A stretch of 63,844 nt of DNA, counting the filler, from Bigelowiella natans CCMP2755 (taxonomy: Eukaryota; Protista; Cercozoa), in NCBI GenBank assembly GCA_000320545.1. It is 8 parts of 8 records of this genome, joined end to end, with 100 filler letters (N's around TTAATTAATTAA, not from the genome) between each part and the next. Parts side by side here need not be neighbours in the genome. Positions count along the whole stretch, not along the records: positions 23,862 to 36,554 come from ADNK01002825.1; positions 36,655 to 48,971 come from ADNK01001874.1; 6 more parts are not named here. One strand, given 5' to 3'. Both the position numbers and the translations under genes were made by a program. Shown here one piece after another: positions 27,850 through 41,682 of the stretch (positions are counted from its first letter, which is position 1; each line of letters starts with the position of its first letter). The notes below the pieces were generated by a model, which saw nothing but the letters and a program-made list of their open reading frames with translations, had not been told where the DNA came from and did no database searches.

Positions 27850-29600
27850 GGCGATACACAAAATTCGAAGGCATCGGTAGAAAACACCATTCTAGCATTG
27901 ATGGATAAACCAAAATCCATGGAAGCCCTCCACCTTGAATAAGCCAAGAATGTCATTCGCAATCTCAACTTCTCCTATTGTCCTATTTTCAAAAATAAAA
28001 CCAGAAAACACAAATAACCTAAAACTCTGTGTCTGGCTCCCAAATGATACTACAACAGGGTAATCACCTTAGCAAGCACGCAGCGGTCTCAGCTGTGCAA
28101 AACTGAGATGGAAGAAAAAAACAAAAGCAGGCACTCAATGTATGAATATTTTCCACCGGAGGAAGGACCGCATACATCATTGGGTGGATTCTATGTTTCT
28201 GTTTGCCATTCTCTTCGTGACATCACGTCGCAAAATAAGCTAAATATACTGACCTCTCGTGCCTTTTGGCCGCGACGCAACCGAAATTGAGACTTTAAAA
28301 CCAAGGTATACGAGCATACGAGCAAAGTGAACAGAGGTAATGTCAGTGTATTATCAAGGGCTCTGGCAAAGCTTCTTTCTTAGACAACCTTCTCTCCCAT
28401 GTCCGACAGCGGCAATTCAGCCACGCCCAGCGCCTGAACATCATTAAGCTGATAAGAATTGATTTACACGATTATTCCTATAATCATAAGGGAGACGAGG
28501 CTTAATTAAACGTGCTGCAGCCATGATCATGTATTGCTGAGGTGCGACGGTCAGTTAACAAAATGGTAGAAGACACTAAAGACCTGGAGAGTAGCACTAC
28601 TTGCATATATCTCCTTTGATTGCTCCCTGACCGATCATCGCATATTTGAAAATCTTTGTGAGCTTTAGACAAGCACAACGCGAATTGGAAAAGACAAATA
28701 AGCAATAGCGTCCTGCCGCATCATAGAAGAGGACACGAAGAAGGCTATATGTGCCCATCAATTGCGAAATAATGTTTGGTTTTCTTCGTTTTAAATCAAA
28801 ACCGTATAGGCATCAAATCGCTGGCCGGTCCCTTCTCTTACTATTTTACCACGTGGAATCGATGATGATAAATACAGGCATTTTCCCGGAAGATAGAGCG
28901 TCGTCGAGGCCCGACCTTTGAGCGTGGCCAACAATACATGCATTAGTAATGGCGTGTATGCACTTGTGAGTGTCTTCTCAACGAAAAATGGGGTGGGCAT
29001 GTTTCCCATCTAATTCCTTCGAATTTCACAGCGTCTGAGCGACGTGGAAATCCTTTTTACTATCAATAGATTTACTCTCCAAGTCGCAATAATGTTCGCA
29101 ACCTCCTCTCCCGCCCTCCCTTCAATTGGTATTAATTCTGGTACCGTAGAGTAGCGAAGCGTTTGCAGCCCCTTTTCGTCGCATATTTTAAAGGATATAT
29201 CTATTCGTACATCAACACGCGTCACACACTCACCATACTTTATACAAACAGTATGTATCATTTATTAATCAATCGTCATCTCCATAGAATCATCACGTTA
29301 CTTGTGGTTGGCATGGAAAATGCATTAAAACTCTAACATCCCAATGCGGTATTCCTCGCCTGCATTAGAGATATACACGTGCTACCACGTTGGTGTGCGT
29401 ATTGCTGAAAGGGTTGTCTTTGTTTCAGGAAGATAACTACCAAAATCGGGGCCATTTCTGGAGTGAACTCGGCGCGAAGGGCACTGTCACCTTTTTATTC
29501 ATCAACAGCAGTTATGTTGTGGTGAGGGTAGGTAAGGTTCCAACAACTGTGAAAGCTGAGCGCCTATCCCGATCCATACTCCCAATTCTCCTATGACACA
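27850..29600 (-). CDS. Possible hypothetical or decayed gene
   Basis: Short coding-like pieces ('LRYSTVPELIPIEGRAGEEVANIIATWR', 'GKIVREGTGQRFDAYT'); no coherent model built. Confidence 0.2.
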
Positions 29601-29825
29601 CCTTTCCATTGCACGATTCTACAGTTGGTGCGTTGCATCGCAAGTTGAACAACAACCCCTGTATTCGTGCTCTTGCTGACTTCCGCACTGTAAGCAACAC
29701 AAATATGCTCACTACTAGCACGTCATCTACGGGAAGGTGTAATCGTAAACGCTAGTTTGTCACATTTGTGCACAAATACCGCAATCATTTGGTATAACAC
29801 TAAAACATTATATTTACAATGCCTC

Positions 29826-29870
<45 letters not shown>

Positions 29871-30728
29871 AACCAACATGTGAAAAACTCACGGATGCGT
29901 CAGTAGCCATAATTGTTGTTTCTTTGAGAGCCTATGGAATTCATGAATGTGATATTTTGCATGCGTGACTGTTCATGCTGCAGAGCAGAGGTCTTTATTT
30001 CTGGTGAGTTATAGCGTTTGAGTGCGCAAGTTTGATATGTAGCATATGCGATTTGAGCTCAGAAGACAACAGACGGAAGATCTTCTGATCACCCTGCTCT
30101 TGTTGAGAATCGCTCAGAGGCGAAGGGACATATGCAAACAGGGGATTGGGGATTGTAGCCTATTGAATAATTTCACCACGTGTTTGATCAATGAAATATT
30201 ATTCGGCATTTAACCTACGTCGTCACCAGAACAAGTCTCTACCGTGCAAAACATGGTCGTTTCCGTGACACACATAGATCATGAGCAATGGTCAGACCTG
30301 CAGCGTTTACATTTTCCATTTTTCCCTGCTGCTTTGCTTCGAATGCACTTCTCCCAGTGCAAGGCAAGCTTCTCGAGCAAGGGACCGCAGCACTCTCCTT
30401 CCTTTTTCCTTCGCTCTGCCATAGAAAAAGCAAGGATGAAACGCGCTGTCAAACTGCACTCACTTTCGACACTGCAACCGTCTTCATTTTTTTTCACAAC
30501 TCCCACGCCATTTAATTGTTGATGCTGCGTTTTGTTGGGGGAGGCAGCATGTGCCACGTCGCCCCCTTCATTCAAGATGAGCAGGACGGGAGGTGGGTAT
30601 CACAACTGATCATCCCGATTTCAGTCTGCGACAACAACGTTTTGTTGTCGTACAAAAAAGTTTCCCCGCGTTTCCAAAAACGTTTCCCCGCTAGCCCGCG
30701 TTCACCGCGCTTCTGCAAACGCCTGTCT

Positions 30729-30875
30729 CCCATGTGGTTCTGGCGCATGTAGATTTGATCAACGCTTTGTTCATTGTTCATTGTTCATTGTTCTAACCCA
30801 TGTGGTTCTGGTGCATGTAGATTTGATCAACGCCTCGTTCATTGTTCATTGTTCATTGTTCATTGTTCATTGTTC
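30729..30875 (+). repeat. Two-copy ~68-bp tandem repeat, each unit ending in (TTCATTG)n
   Basis: CCCATGTGGTTCTGGYGCATGTAGATTTGATCAACGC at ~30729 and ~30797, each followed by heptamer arrays. Confidence 0.9.
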
Positions 30876-31613
30876 GTGGAAACGCAAATTCTGAAATCCT
30901 CAAAAACAAACGCGTTTCCAATTGCGCGTTTCCCATTTCCCCTGTCAGCCTGACTGAGCCGTCCATGGATGGAGCATTGCACACACCCAGACACGCACAC
31001 ACTCGATCACGCACGCGCACGCACGGAAAGCTTCGGGCTAGCGGGTGCACGTGCCGCACGTTCACAGTCTCCTCAGCTTGCAAGTTGCCTTTGATCCGTT
31101 TCACGCAAAAAAACGTCCGGCCATCATCGAACAAAAAATGGAGATCATGAAGCATTCAGAAGTCTAGCTCCACGTCTAGACCACGTGAGTGCACCTGCTA
31201 GCCTGGTTGGATGTGCACGTCATTGGAGAGAATCGCACATGAGTGCAATCACTGTGACGCTGCAAACCTGGCTAGCTGGTGATGACGACAGGTGGAGTCT
31301 AGATGTGCGTGCGCTTCATGCATCATGCCTAGGTGCATCGGGCGCACTAGCGCGGTGCCCTCATTTGCAGAACAAGCACAAAGCAGCACAGATCAATGCG
31401 CAAGCTACATGCGCCCCGAGCATTGCAGAAACAGTGATGTGAAATGCACAAGCACATCTAGACATCATCAGCATTCTTGCCAACATTTTCAAGAATGCAT
31501 CATGGCACGCTTGCTTCGATTCGTGGATGACGTCGATCATTTTTTACGCCAACTAGCATTGCAAAAGCAAAATGCAACCGTTGCTCGGTCTAGCGGTGCA
31601 TCGCGTTCGCAAC
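30821..31613. other. TpA-depleted, CTAG-retaining intergenic island
   Basis: 13 TpA in ~790 bp, 11 of them in CTAG. Confidence 0.95.
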
Positions 31614-31660
31614 ATACGACATCGTGACATTTCATTACTCACATATCTCCCACATCAGAG

Positions 31661-32092
31661 TTACCTATTTCCGGTAGTCTTAAACCCTTCTTTGCTCTTC
31701 ATCACTTTTAGCTCTCCTGTCTCAACCTCGTCTGCGATGTTATCATTCGCAACATCGTTGTAGAGCTCGACATCAGCACCACTAAAGTCCGAGCCTTCGA
31801 GCGCATATTCTTCGTTTTCGTCCCCAGACACCATGATGCCTGCATTATTGGATTTCATATAAGACGTATTCGTATAACGGTAGCCCAGCTTCCAATGCGT
31901 ATGCCACGAGGGTATTTTACCTAAAGCACGCTTGTCCGTGAGAGGGTCGACATCTGCTCGTAGCCTTTTGTGTTGATAGAATAATGATGATCTTGATGAT
32001 GATAGAGGGTCAGAAGTGGAGGGAGAGGATGAAGACGACCAGCAAAAGGGCAATGGAAGATCATGATGCTGCCTATCTAGCGCTATCAATAT

Positions 32093-32150
<58 letters not shown>

Positions 32151-32976
32151 GAAATATTCATCCATATACAAATCCTGCTGTAAGTTTGATACTAACCGTA
32201 TGTCACGTAGAGCTCCTTTATCGGGAAGGGAGAGGGAGCTCAGTCTGCACGGCTTCCACGATTTGTAGTCCTCCTCCAAATGAAAATGACTCGAATATCT
32301 AAGGTAAAGCATATGGACGGTCGTGTGACATCAAGCAGCTACAGCGTAATTATCAATATTGCAAGCTCATCTCATTCGAGGCCGCCGATCAGAGGAAGAT
32401 ACAAAGATATTGACAGAAGGGATTTTTGTTTAAGATGATGATCGGCTTTTTGGAAAGGGTTGTGAGAGCAATGAATCGAATAAGTACCCGGCAACATGCA
32501 CCAGAAAATGACTATGCTGCTGCTCAATGGTCTTGAACACGCGGCCACACAATTGGCAGATTAACGACAGATTCCTTCAAAAATAGCACGGAGAAAGAGA
32601 AAGCAGCCACCATGCGAAGGTCATCAATGCTAAATGAATTCGAATCCCCATGTAAAAAGTCCTCGTGCACATTTTGTCAGCTAAGACTGCTACAGTCAAT
32701 ACAAAGCGAAGGAAAGCGTGACGGGAATAGATCTGACCTCTGGTGCTGGTTGAGGTGCCATTCAAGCTGCTTTTTGTACTTGAAACGGGTGTGGCATATA
32801 GGGCAGTTGTAGGGATCCAACCCTGTGTGCGCGGCAAGATGATTCTGTCCAGAAATAGTAACCGCAGCAATAATCAAGAAATTTTAAGAAGCAAATCATT
32901 GTTGTACCCAAATCAAAATCTTGCTAAATCCAAGCTATTCTTTGCGGTTCTCCCTTCCCTCCCCGCCTCTCTCTCT

Positions 32977-33023
<47 letters not shown>

Positions 33024-33343
33024 CCCTTTCCTCCCCCCTTTTCTTCTTGTGCGTATGATGAATCACCGTAAGCTTGTTTTGAGATGTGAGTTTGCGTGGG
33101 CACATCGGACAGCTATAGAGCTTTGGTAACAGTCGATGTGATCTTCGAAACTTTCTTGGCGACTTCTGCTGCCGCTGATGCTGCTGCTGTTGTGAAGAGG
33201 ACACTGCTTCTGCCATTGACGAAGGAGAAAAGGCCGCCCCCCGTCTGTGCGTGCAAACAAATGAGGAGGATGATGATGATGATTCCATATGAGTGTGCAC
33301 CACACGCGGTTGCGTCTTCTCCCCCTCTCTCTTTCTCTCTCTA

Positions 33344-33395
<52 letters not shown>

Positions 33396-34030
33396 ACAGT
33401 GTGTATATAGTGTGTGTGTGTGTGTGAGAGTGTGTGGTAGGAAATGAAATGCGTCCAAACAACGCAAAAACGATAATTTGAATGACTTTGGCCCCTTCAG
33501 GCGATGGTTCCCGTCGTAATCGTCATCGTGATGACCGCCCTTGGCATGATCTTTCTCCTGCGCTTCGGCCATCATTATCTCGTTTTCCCTCTCCACAGCC
33601 GCTGCCTGATTGATGATGCAGAGGAGGCAGGTGCAGTATGACGACACGAGGCCGCAGCAAGAAGCAGGTTTCAACTCATAAAACCCATACACACATGATG
33701 CCAGGCTATTCTTTGATTTCTTTTTACGCGACGATGAAAGAGAAGTTATCGATTTGCAAGCCTCCTTCTCCCACCACCACCACCACCACCACCACCACCA
33801 CCACCGATATAATTAGCCCCCCCCCCTCCCTCCTCTTTCCTGTCCCCTCCCCCTCCCTCTTCTCACCTTTCGCATTTCGTTCAGATCTATATGCAAGTCT
33901 CGGAGTTCAAGTCGTTGCATTTGCCTCATCGTCGGAAGGAGAAACGCTGTGGATGATGGCGATGAAAGGGTTGATTTCACGGCTGATAGTAGAAGTGCAA
34001 AAGAAATAATCATTACGATGATGGTGACGC

Positions 34031-34064
<34 letters not shown>

Positions 34065-34343
34065 AATGAAGATAGTGGTGGTGGTGATGGCCAATAAAGC
34101 CAGCATTGATGTGATATGTTCATTACGGCTAGTAGCAGGAGCAGCAGCATCATGTATTTATGTTCATGCTTTTGTGTGCATTTACCCCTAGATCGAGTGC
34201 TGGGTGTGTTCTTTTGTGGATTAGAGTCCAAACCCTTGCACTTATCCCTTAGGTACTTTCGCCTTCGTTCTTGGCGAGAATTGATGTTGATTTGGAGAAG
34301 TATCTACGAAGTTTTCTCAATCTTAGAATGATGTACTCCACGC

Positions 34344-34389
<46 letters not shown>

Positions 34390-34544
34390 ACAATTATATC
34401 AATATATATATTTATTTATTTATATCCATATGTAATATTTAGTAGTAGCGGTAGTAGTACCGATTGAATAGCCGTGCTTGTGACCTCGTTGATCTACGAG
34501 AGGATAAGGAAACCGACAAATCACAACAAATCAGTCAGCTCATC

Positions 34545-34582
<38 letters not shown>

Positions 34583-34794
34583 CCACAACGCTTAAATCAA
34601 GTGTTTCCCATGGAAGAATATCAACACTCTTGAAAACAAGCCAGTTCGCATAATCTCCCATTCTTACCCGGTGATGGAGATGTGACGTTAAATAGGATTT
34701 CTCATCCTGATATTCAACGGGGGGGGAGGAGGGGGGGGGGGGGGGAATGGGGGGATATTGCCACCAGAATACAATCGAGAAGGCTATGGAATCG

Positions 34795-34832
<38 letters not shown>

Positions 34833-34930
34833 GGTCTTGCTTTGCTGTGATTGTCTGCTTTCAAGAACCTGGTGATTCAGTGGCAGCAGTAGTAGTAGTA
34901 GTAGTAGCATCAATACCAAGAGATTAGCAA
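31661..34930 (-). CDS. C2H2 zinc-finger protein, multi-exon; may extend to ~36330
   Basis: 'YSCPMCPRKLTSQNKL|QNHLAAHTGLDPYNCPICHTRFKYKKQLEWHLNQH' and 'LICQLCGRVFKTIEQQHSHFLVH'. Confidence 0.75.
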
Positions 34931-35943
34931 GCAATTAGCGAGTAGAGACACGCGTAAATTTTAGCGTATTCGGTATGGCTGCCATATTTTTTGGTGTACA
35001 TGTATTAAAAAAAAGGGGGGGGGGTGAGGGAAGATATACACCATGACGGTATTCCTCTTAACTTCGGGTCGTTCGCGTCCGAAGCACGTTTGTGCCTTAA
35101 GAAGAAAACATTAAGAAGAAGAAAACAAAGGGGGATAGGGAGGGAGAGCGACATCAGCAGTATTCATTAAAATATTGCTTTTTACGTGCTCAATGCTTAC
35201 CATTCCCCCCTCTCTATTTCTCTTCGTTCGTGAGGCGTATGAGTGCATCTTGTGTAAACGAGTAACACATAGTTAAACGTCATAATGCCCCCCTCCCCCC
35301 CCTTGCAAAGACATGTGCGCGCGCGTGTGTGTGTGTGTGTGTGTGTATGTGATATTCGGCTGACTTCCTCTGCTTTATTTCTTCATGAGTAGCGATTGGA
35401 GACGAGAGGCTGTCCAAAGTAGCAACCCAAGAAGACAGACCACAGATTCAGTATGATCAGCAGGAGGGGGGTGGGGGGGGGAGGCGAAAGACAAAGCAAA
35501 TCATCATCTGCTCTCACTTCCGAATGCATAATTTTTACGCAATGAAACACGGTGAAAGTGATACGCCGTGCGGTCTCTTTAAACCGACATTATATCCCCT
35601 GTTGTTTGGTGCTCTCACTACATGTTTAATCATGTATGAATAGTGATGATGATAGTAGTAATAACGATAATCAATTGCAACGACCTTGCAGCCCACCCGT
35701 TGATCAGGGGATCTCTAATCGGGTCGAGCGTGTTTATCAGGAATACGTTTGGATATGACGCCTGGCAGTGATGATGATGAGGATGATGATGATGATGATG
35801 ATGATGAGGATGGTGATGATGGTGGTGGTGATGATGATGATGATGATGAAAATTTATCGAAATTCGTCGATGATAGTTTGATGGTAGCTCGACTTCAAAC
35901 CATCATCACGCCATCATATCAATGTGTCTCCCCTCCCTGCACG

Positions 35944-36003
<60 letters not shown>

Positions 36004-36870
36004 AGATAGAGCTGTGGGGGTGTGGTTGGGTGGAGGGCGAGCGAGCGTGGGGCGCGCGCGCGCGTTCGCGTGCGTGGGGGTAGCTGTTTTTTATATATAT
36101 ACATACTATTCTATAGATTGAGATGTCGTCCCATCTAAAACCCGGCTGTTACATAGTTGTCTGAAATTATGTCGCTCAAGAAAAATGCACCGAATTTGGA
36201 CACTGCTCGCTCGGATGGGCGTTTTCTAGACAAACCACTATTCGGCTTGGAGCACCATGGTTTGCTTGATGAGAATGGGGCTAAATTTCCTTTGCATGCT
36301 GTGCCTCTTGATGGATAGAGCAAGCTCACAATATGATCGATGCATCGACATTATGAGGAACGAAATTGTGGTATCAATTTCTATGCAAACGCGTACGCCC
36401 AGGATGACGCTATGCAATTCATGCATTCATCTGACTTCGATCAGTGCTACGACTCGTGGTTGCTGCTGTTGATGAAGAACATCTAGAACTCAACAAGATG
36501 ATTATTGACGCATTAAAAATGAATTGATTTGCATATTTCTGCCCCTTTATAACANNNNNNNNNNNNNNNNNNNNNNNNNNNNNNNNNNNNNNNNNNNNTT
36601 AATTAATTAANNNNNNNNNNNNNNNNNNNNNNNNNNNNNNNNNNNNNNNNNNNNAAAGAGGGGGGTTTTTCATTGTAACAAAATTTCGGGGCATTTTTTT
36701 TTTCTCCTTCCCCCCCCCCCCCCAAAATTGCACTTTAGGGGGGGGGGATGTTCTTTCTTTCGGGGAAGGGGAGTTTCAAGGAGGTTTTTTCTTTCTCCTT
36801 TTTTTTTTTTTTTTTTTTTTCCCCCCCCCCCCCCCCCCCTCCTCCTCCTACTCCTACTACGGATACGCAG

Positions 36871-37231
36871 ATTCTCGTCCGGGGCCCTCTCTTAGCGTCC
36901 GGGTACTATCGTGACGAACAGAAGACTACCGAGGTCCTGTCGGTGTCTGTCACAGATAGAACACTTGCGTTTTTTATCATACCCGAGCTTACACGGCAAT
37001 GTCGTAACAATACACGCGGATTGATGAAAAATGGCGATGGCGTCCTCTCCACAGCGTGGCCGAAGCCCCGCGTGGAGGCCGTAAGCACTTTTGTTGTGAG
37101 TGTCTATTCCATGACATAATACCGCAGTAAAATGACAAATTGCCCATCGCAACAGGCGTGGGATAGCGAGGGGTGGTTCTTAAGCGGTGATATCGGCAGG
37201 TAGAGCTGTTTTTGAGTGCGTGCGTGCGCGC

Positions 37232-37269
<38 letters not shown>

Positions 37270-37451
37270 ATTTGTGCGTGTAGAAATAGATCAGTATAGA
37301 TTCCGCACTACTATGATTTTGGTGGCAAGATTCGCGTGTCTCTGAAAGAACAACCATAAAAGAAAAACACTATCACCTCGCTCTCCTTCTATACCCCCGC
37401 ATTTCCCTCGTTGCATTGCTCCCGTGTTGGATGCTTTCATTCTTGGGAACA

Positions 37452-37485
<34 letters not shown>

Positions 37486-37879
37486 AGGGGTTCTTCGTAC
37501 TCACTGAGTCGTCTGTTGTTTCTGTTGTTGATCGTTCGCCTCCAGATTCAACCGGGATGGAAGTTTGGCGGTGATCGATCGTAAAAAGGTTCCTGCGCTA
37601 AGCAGCCAATAGATCATCCCAAGGGAGAATTAGAGCGAAAGAGAGCAACGAGGGAGGAGAGGGGGGAGGGGGGTCTCATAACGAGTACGACTAACGCCTA
37701 CATGCGCAAAATCAAAGTCTTAACATCCGATCGTTTGTTTTTTTGCGGTTATTAATATTCTTCGGATCTCCCCACCCCCCCCCTTCCCTCCTCACCCGGT
37801 TACGCCGCTGGAACATGCAGTCGATGTTCAAGTTGGCACAAGGCGAATACGTATCCCCTGAGAACTTAGAGGCGGTGTG

Positions 37880-37961
<82 letters not shown>

Positions 37962-38265
37962 GATGTAGCAGCACTGTGTTGCCTCCCTCACATGCAATTG
38001 CATACTCCCTTCACAGGTCTTGGGCCGTAGCGAATGGGTTAAGCAGGTTTAATCACAAAAAGTGGGGGGGGGGGATAGAAATGATGGCAATATGATGAAC
38101 AGTGCCACTTTTACATGTAGCTCGTAGCGTTCTCTCCCTCAAAACTAACATACGCTATGTAGGGTTAGTAATAGAGGAGTAGTAGTAGTAGTGGTAGTAG
38201 TGGTAGTAGTAATACCAGAGAAGCACACTGTTTAACTTGTGTATACAAACACACACGCGCACCCC

Positions 38266-38310
<45 letters not shown>

Positions 38311-38419
38311 TGAGGGCTGCTGTTTACCCAAAGGTCTGGGTGTATGGAGACCCCTCAGAGCGGTAATAATGTATGCAGTGTTGTGTATCATGGCCAGCAT
38401 AAAAACAACAGCATCGCAA

Positions 38420-38462
<43 letters not shown>

Positions 38463-38498
38463 ACTGGTTTCCTTCCAAAAAATAATCTCTCTTTCTCC

Positions 38499-38540
<42 letters not shown>

Positions 38541-38685
38541 ATGTGTGTGCGTGTATGTGTGTGTGTGTGTGGGCGATCCTTCATTCTATGCCAACCCAAC
38601 AGATACGTCGTGTGCGTGGTGGTTCCGAGCAGAAAAACGGCTTTGGCGGTATAAGAAGTGCACACATGAGACACAAATACACAGG

Positions 38686-38730
<45 letters not shown>

Positions 38731-39480
38731 AAATACATCCCCATTCTTCCTCGTCATCATCATCATCATCATTTATCTGCCGTATTGTATCATCTTGCAC
38801 GTTCGTCACCGTTGCCACTTGTCATACGACAGTGGGGGAGGAGGCACGGCCTTGCCTCCGTCAACTACGCCGATGTATGCGCCAACCCGCAACTTAAGCA
38901 GGTCTGGTCTACTCTCTCCCTTTGTAATGAACCCCTCCTTGATTCCTTCTGCGAATGAAAACATCGATAATCTTCGTTCGTCTAAGAAGTTTTCATCGTT
39001 TACGCTGTGGCTAATCTGTAGCGCTAAGATATGCGATCGTGTTGTCATCACCAACTCCCACAATGCCTTTTATATAGGAGGTTCTCCTCAGCCTCCAAGC
39101 CGAGGTCTCCAACGCCAACTTGCCGGTACGAGCCGCGTATGAAGCGTCCACAGCGCAGTAGCGCAAGCTTTCCTGCTTTTTTATTCTGTTGAAGGGAAGT
39201 TCAAAAGCAGACAAGAGAGAGGGGGGGGGGGGGAGAGAGAGAGAGAGAGAGAGAGAGGAGGGAATGTTGAGGAAGATAGTGAGAGAGAGAGCGCATGAGA
39301 TCTCCTTCCCCAGGCCACTCTTAATCCCTGAACTACTATCACAGGCCTTCCAGCGACCAATACGCATACACCTTGAGACGGACATTAACGATATGGAGCA
39401 AGGTAGTGGTGGAATGGATTAGATAATGATGGAGATGACGATGACGATGATGGTGACATTGCATCAGCAACGATCTCTCT

Positions 39481-39523
<43 letters not shown>

Positions 39524-39656
39524 TCTCTCAGTTCCAATCTCTATTCTCTTATCAATATGGTATGGACGACTTTCCGCAGGTTTTACCTTGGAGAAAGGAA
39601 TGGTAACTCCAACTATGAAGTATAAGGTGAGGTTTTGTCTCATCTCTCTCCCTCTT

Positions 39657-39696
<40 letters not shown>

Positions 39697-39897
39697 CCTA
39701 TCTTCCTTCTCCATATGTCCCTCCTCCGACTTTCTACCCATAAAGGCATCCCCCCCCCCCCCCTCCTACACACACACACACACACATTTGCGAAACTCTA
39801 ACAAGAATTTACACAATTTCTGCAGAGGCCGATCATGCAAAAACTGTATGCAAAGGAAATCGACGCGATGTACAAAGCGGCAGCAAAAGGACGATGA
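36871..39897 (+). CDS. LACS: Long-chain acyl-CoA synthetase, 3' part; 5' end lost in the gap
   Basis: 'ILVRGPLLASGYYRDEQKT', 'EGWFLSGDIG', 'DGSLAVIDRKK', 'FKLAQGEYVSPENLE', 'VWVYGD', 'FTLEKGMVTPTMK', 'YAKEIDAMY'. Confidence 0.92.
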
Positions 39898-40592
39898 ACT
39901 CAGATGCATAATTATTCATAGATGAGAAAGATGCAATGAAGTATTTTAAAGATAGAATGCATCGTTAACTTGCTTCTCCAAATTTTGAAAGTAAAAGCTA
40001 GTGTTCATTAGTACATACAATACCCATGACCTTTCTCTACCAAACCGCAAATAAAACTAAAATACGTTGTTGAGAGATACGGCATGGATCGCACACACAC
40101 ATTCACACACACGACACAGCTAAAACCATGCAACACATGCTATTAGGCATTCTTACGTACGACATATAAATACATTGCACGAGCCGCTAGAAAACATGAT
40201 GGAGTAGCTCATGCATTATTACGCTTACAATTATACCATGTACATGGGATGTAAGCCGCGGGGCGATCGGTCGCTGTATTACATTATTTTACTCTGCCTA
40301 TAACGATAATGATCAGTGCGTACAGTGCTTGGCATTAACAGGAAAAGCTACTGCATCTGTTGATGATATTGATAAAGCTCGCTTCACTGTATATTTAAAT
40401 AATAATGAGGTGTGTAAATGTGGCGTATCATCATAACAAATGCTAGGAGCTATACATCTCGGAATGGTGCGCTTACAAGTTTCGGTACCCGTGCGGTAGC
40501 TCGACTCTATGAATATCTCACACTTGCTATATTGCAAACTGGCTATTCTCATCCGAAGATCATCGTATCGATCAGGATGGGCGTTTTCCCTC

Positions 40593-41414
40593 CTACTTGT
40601 GGACAACCCACTCTACGACTTCCCGTGCCACTAAGTTCTCAAACCAATAGCAATTGTTTCCGAAGTCCTTATATCTTCCTGCGGTCACACACTTGAACAC
40701 AACCCGCGGCGCGAAGGCAAGGGCCGCGTTGGGGGGGAACTTCTCCTTCTTGGCTGCAGCTGCAGAGGAGAATACAAACTCGGGACGAGAAAACTTCTGT
40801 GTCGCTACAGTAGTATTTCCCTCCTCCTCCCCTCTTCCATCCTCAGGCATCATCGGATCCATCGACTGCCGAAAGGGAACCCCTGCTGCGAATTCGGATT
40901 TCCCGTCTAATATCGAGAAAAACTTGTTTCCGACCACTGCACAGCTCTTGTAAAAGTACTTTGGCAGGGCCGTTTTCCTCAAGATGTTTGAGTCCTTGCT
41001 CACTCCAGTGCTCCCAGAGCATTGAGACGCAGAATGTTGGTGATCAAGGTCTTGGCCTAGATCCTTCCGCTGGAGCTCGCCAGCGTCGTCATCCCCCCCC
41101 CCAACGGTTGCGAGTTTGGAATTGTTCAATCCCGAGGCAGCAGCAAACAACTGTTCCGCCCTCAAGTTTACTGCAGCGGTGAGCTGAGCCTCCTTCTTAC
41201 CTTTGTATCGCTTTTGCCACGCTTCAAAGTCCTGGTCAATGTCCTCCAATTCCTTGTAGAGCCCAGATAACACCTCGTCTCGGCGCAAGCGTACCCTTTG
41301 TAGCCGCACGGTCAACTCCCTCTCCTGCTCTTGGAAGATCTTCTTCGTCATTTTTATCCTCTCCTCCAAGGAGCGCTTGCCCTCCCCTTGCCTGCCAACC
41401 TCCAGCTGTTCCAT
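40593..41414 (-). CDS. Hypothetical protein: N-terminal coiled coil plus C-terminal globular domain
   Basis: Intact 273-aa ORF; 'FYKSCAVVGNKFFSILDGKSEF...FAPRVVFKC'. Confidence 0.7.
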   Translation of the reverse strand: MEQLEVGRQGEGKRSLEERIKMTKKIFQEQERELTVRLQRVRLRRDEVLSGLYKELEDIDQDFEAWQKRYKGKKEAQLTAAVNLRAEQLFAAASGLNNSKLATVGGGDDDAGELQRKDLGQDLDHQHSASQCSGSTGVSKDSNILRKTALPKYFYKSCAVVGNKFFSILDGKSEFAAGVPFRQSMDPMMPEDGRGEEEGNTTVATQKFSRPEFVFSSAAAAKKEKFPPNAALAFAPRVVFKCVTAGRYKDFGNNCYWFENLVAREVVEWVVHK

Positions 41415-41682
41415 CTCTGTCCGAGGGGGGTGCGCGATCTGTTATTTGTTGTGCTGTTCAGGTCTTGCCAGAACTACGACAGTTTTCCGCTCGTAGAATC
41501 TTTTTTTAGGATGTTTTATGGTGATAATACTCGAAAACCTTTCGGTCAGTTGGCGATTTTGGTCATTAAAATCGTCCCCCTCGCTTCGATAAAATTCCAA
41601 TCTTTTTAGTTGTTTTCAGTATTAATTTATGTCCAGAAGAAGGTCGGCGAACGCCTTGCATTGGCCGTGCGAGCATCAAACC

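Noticed and set aside
30729-30875. CRISPR-like repeat-spacer appearance
   Set aside because: There are only two units, the 'spacers' are the same heptamer satellite, the context is eukaryotic and no cas genes are present.
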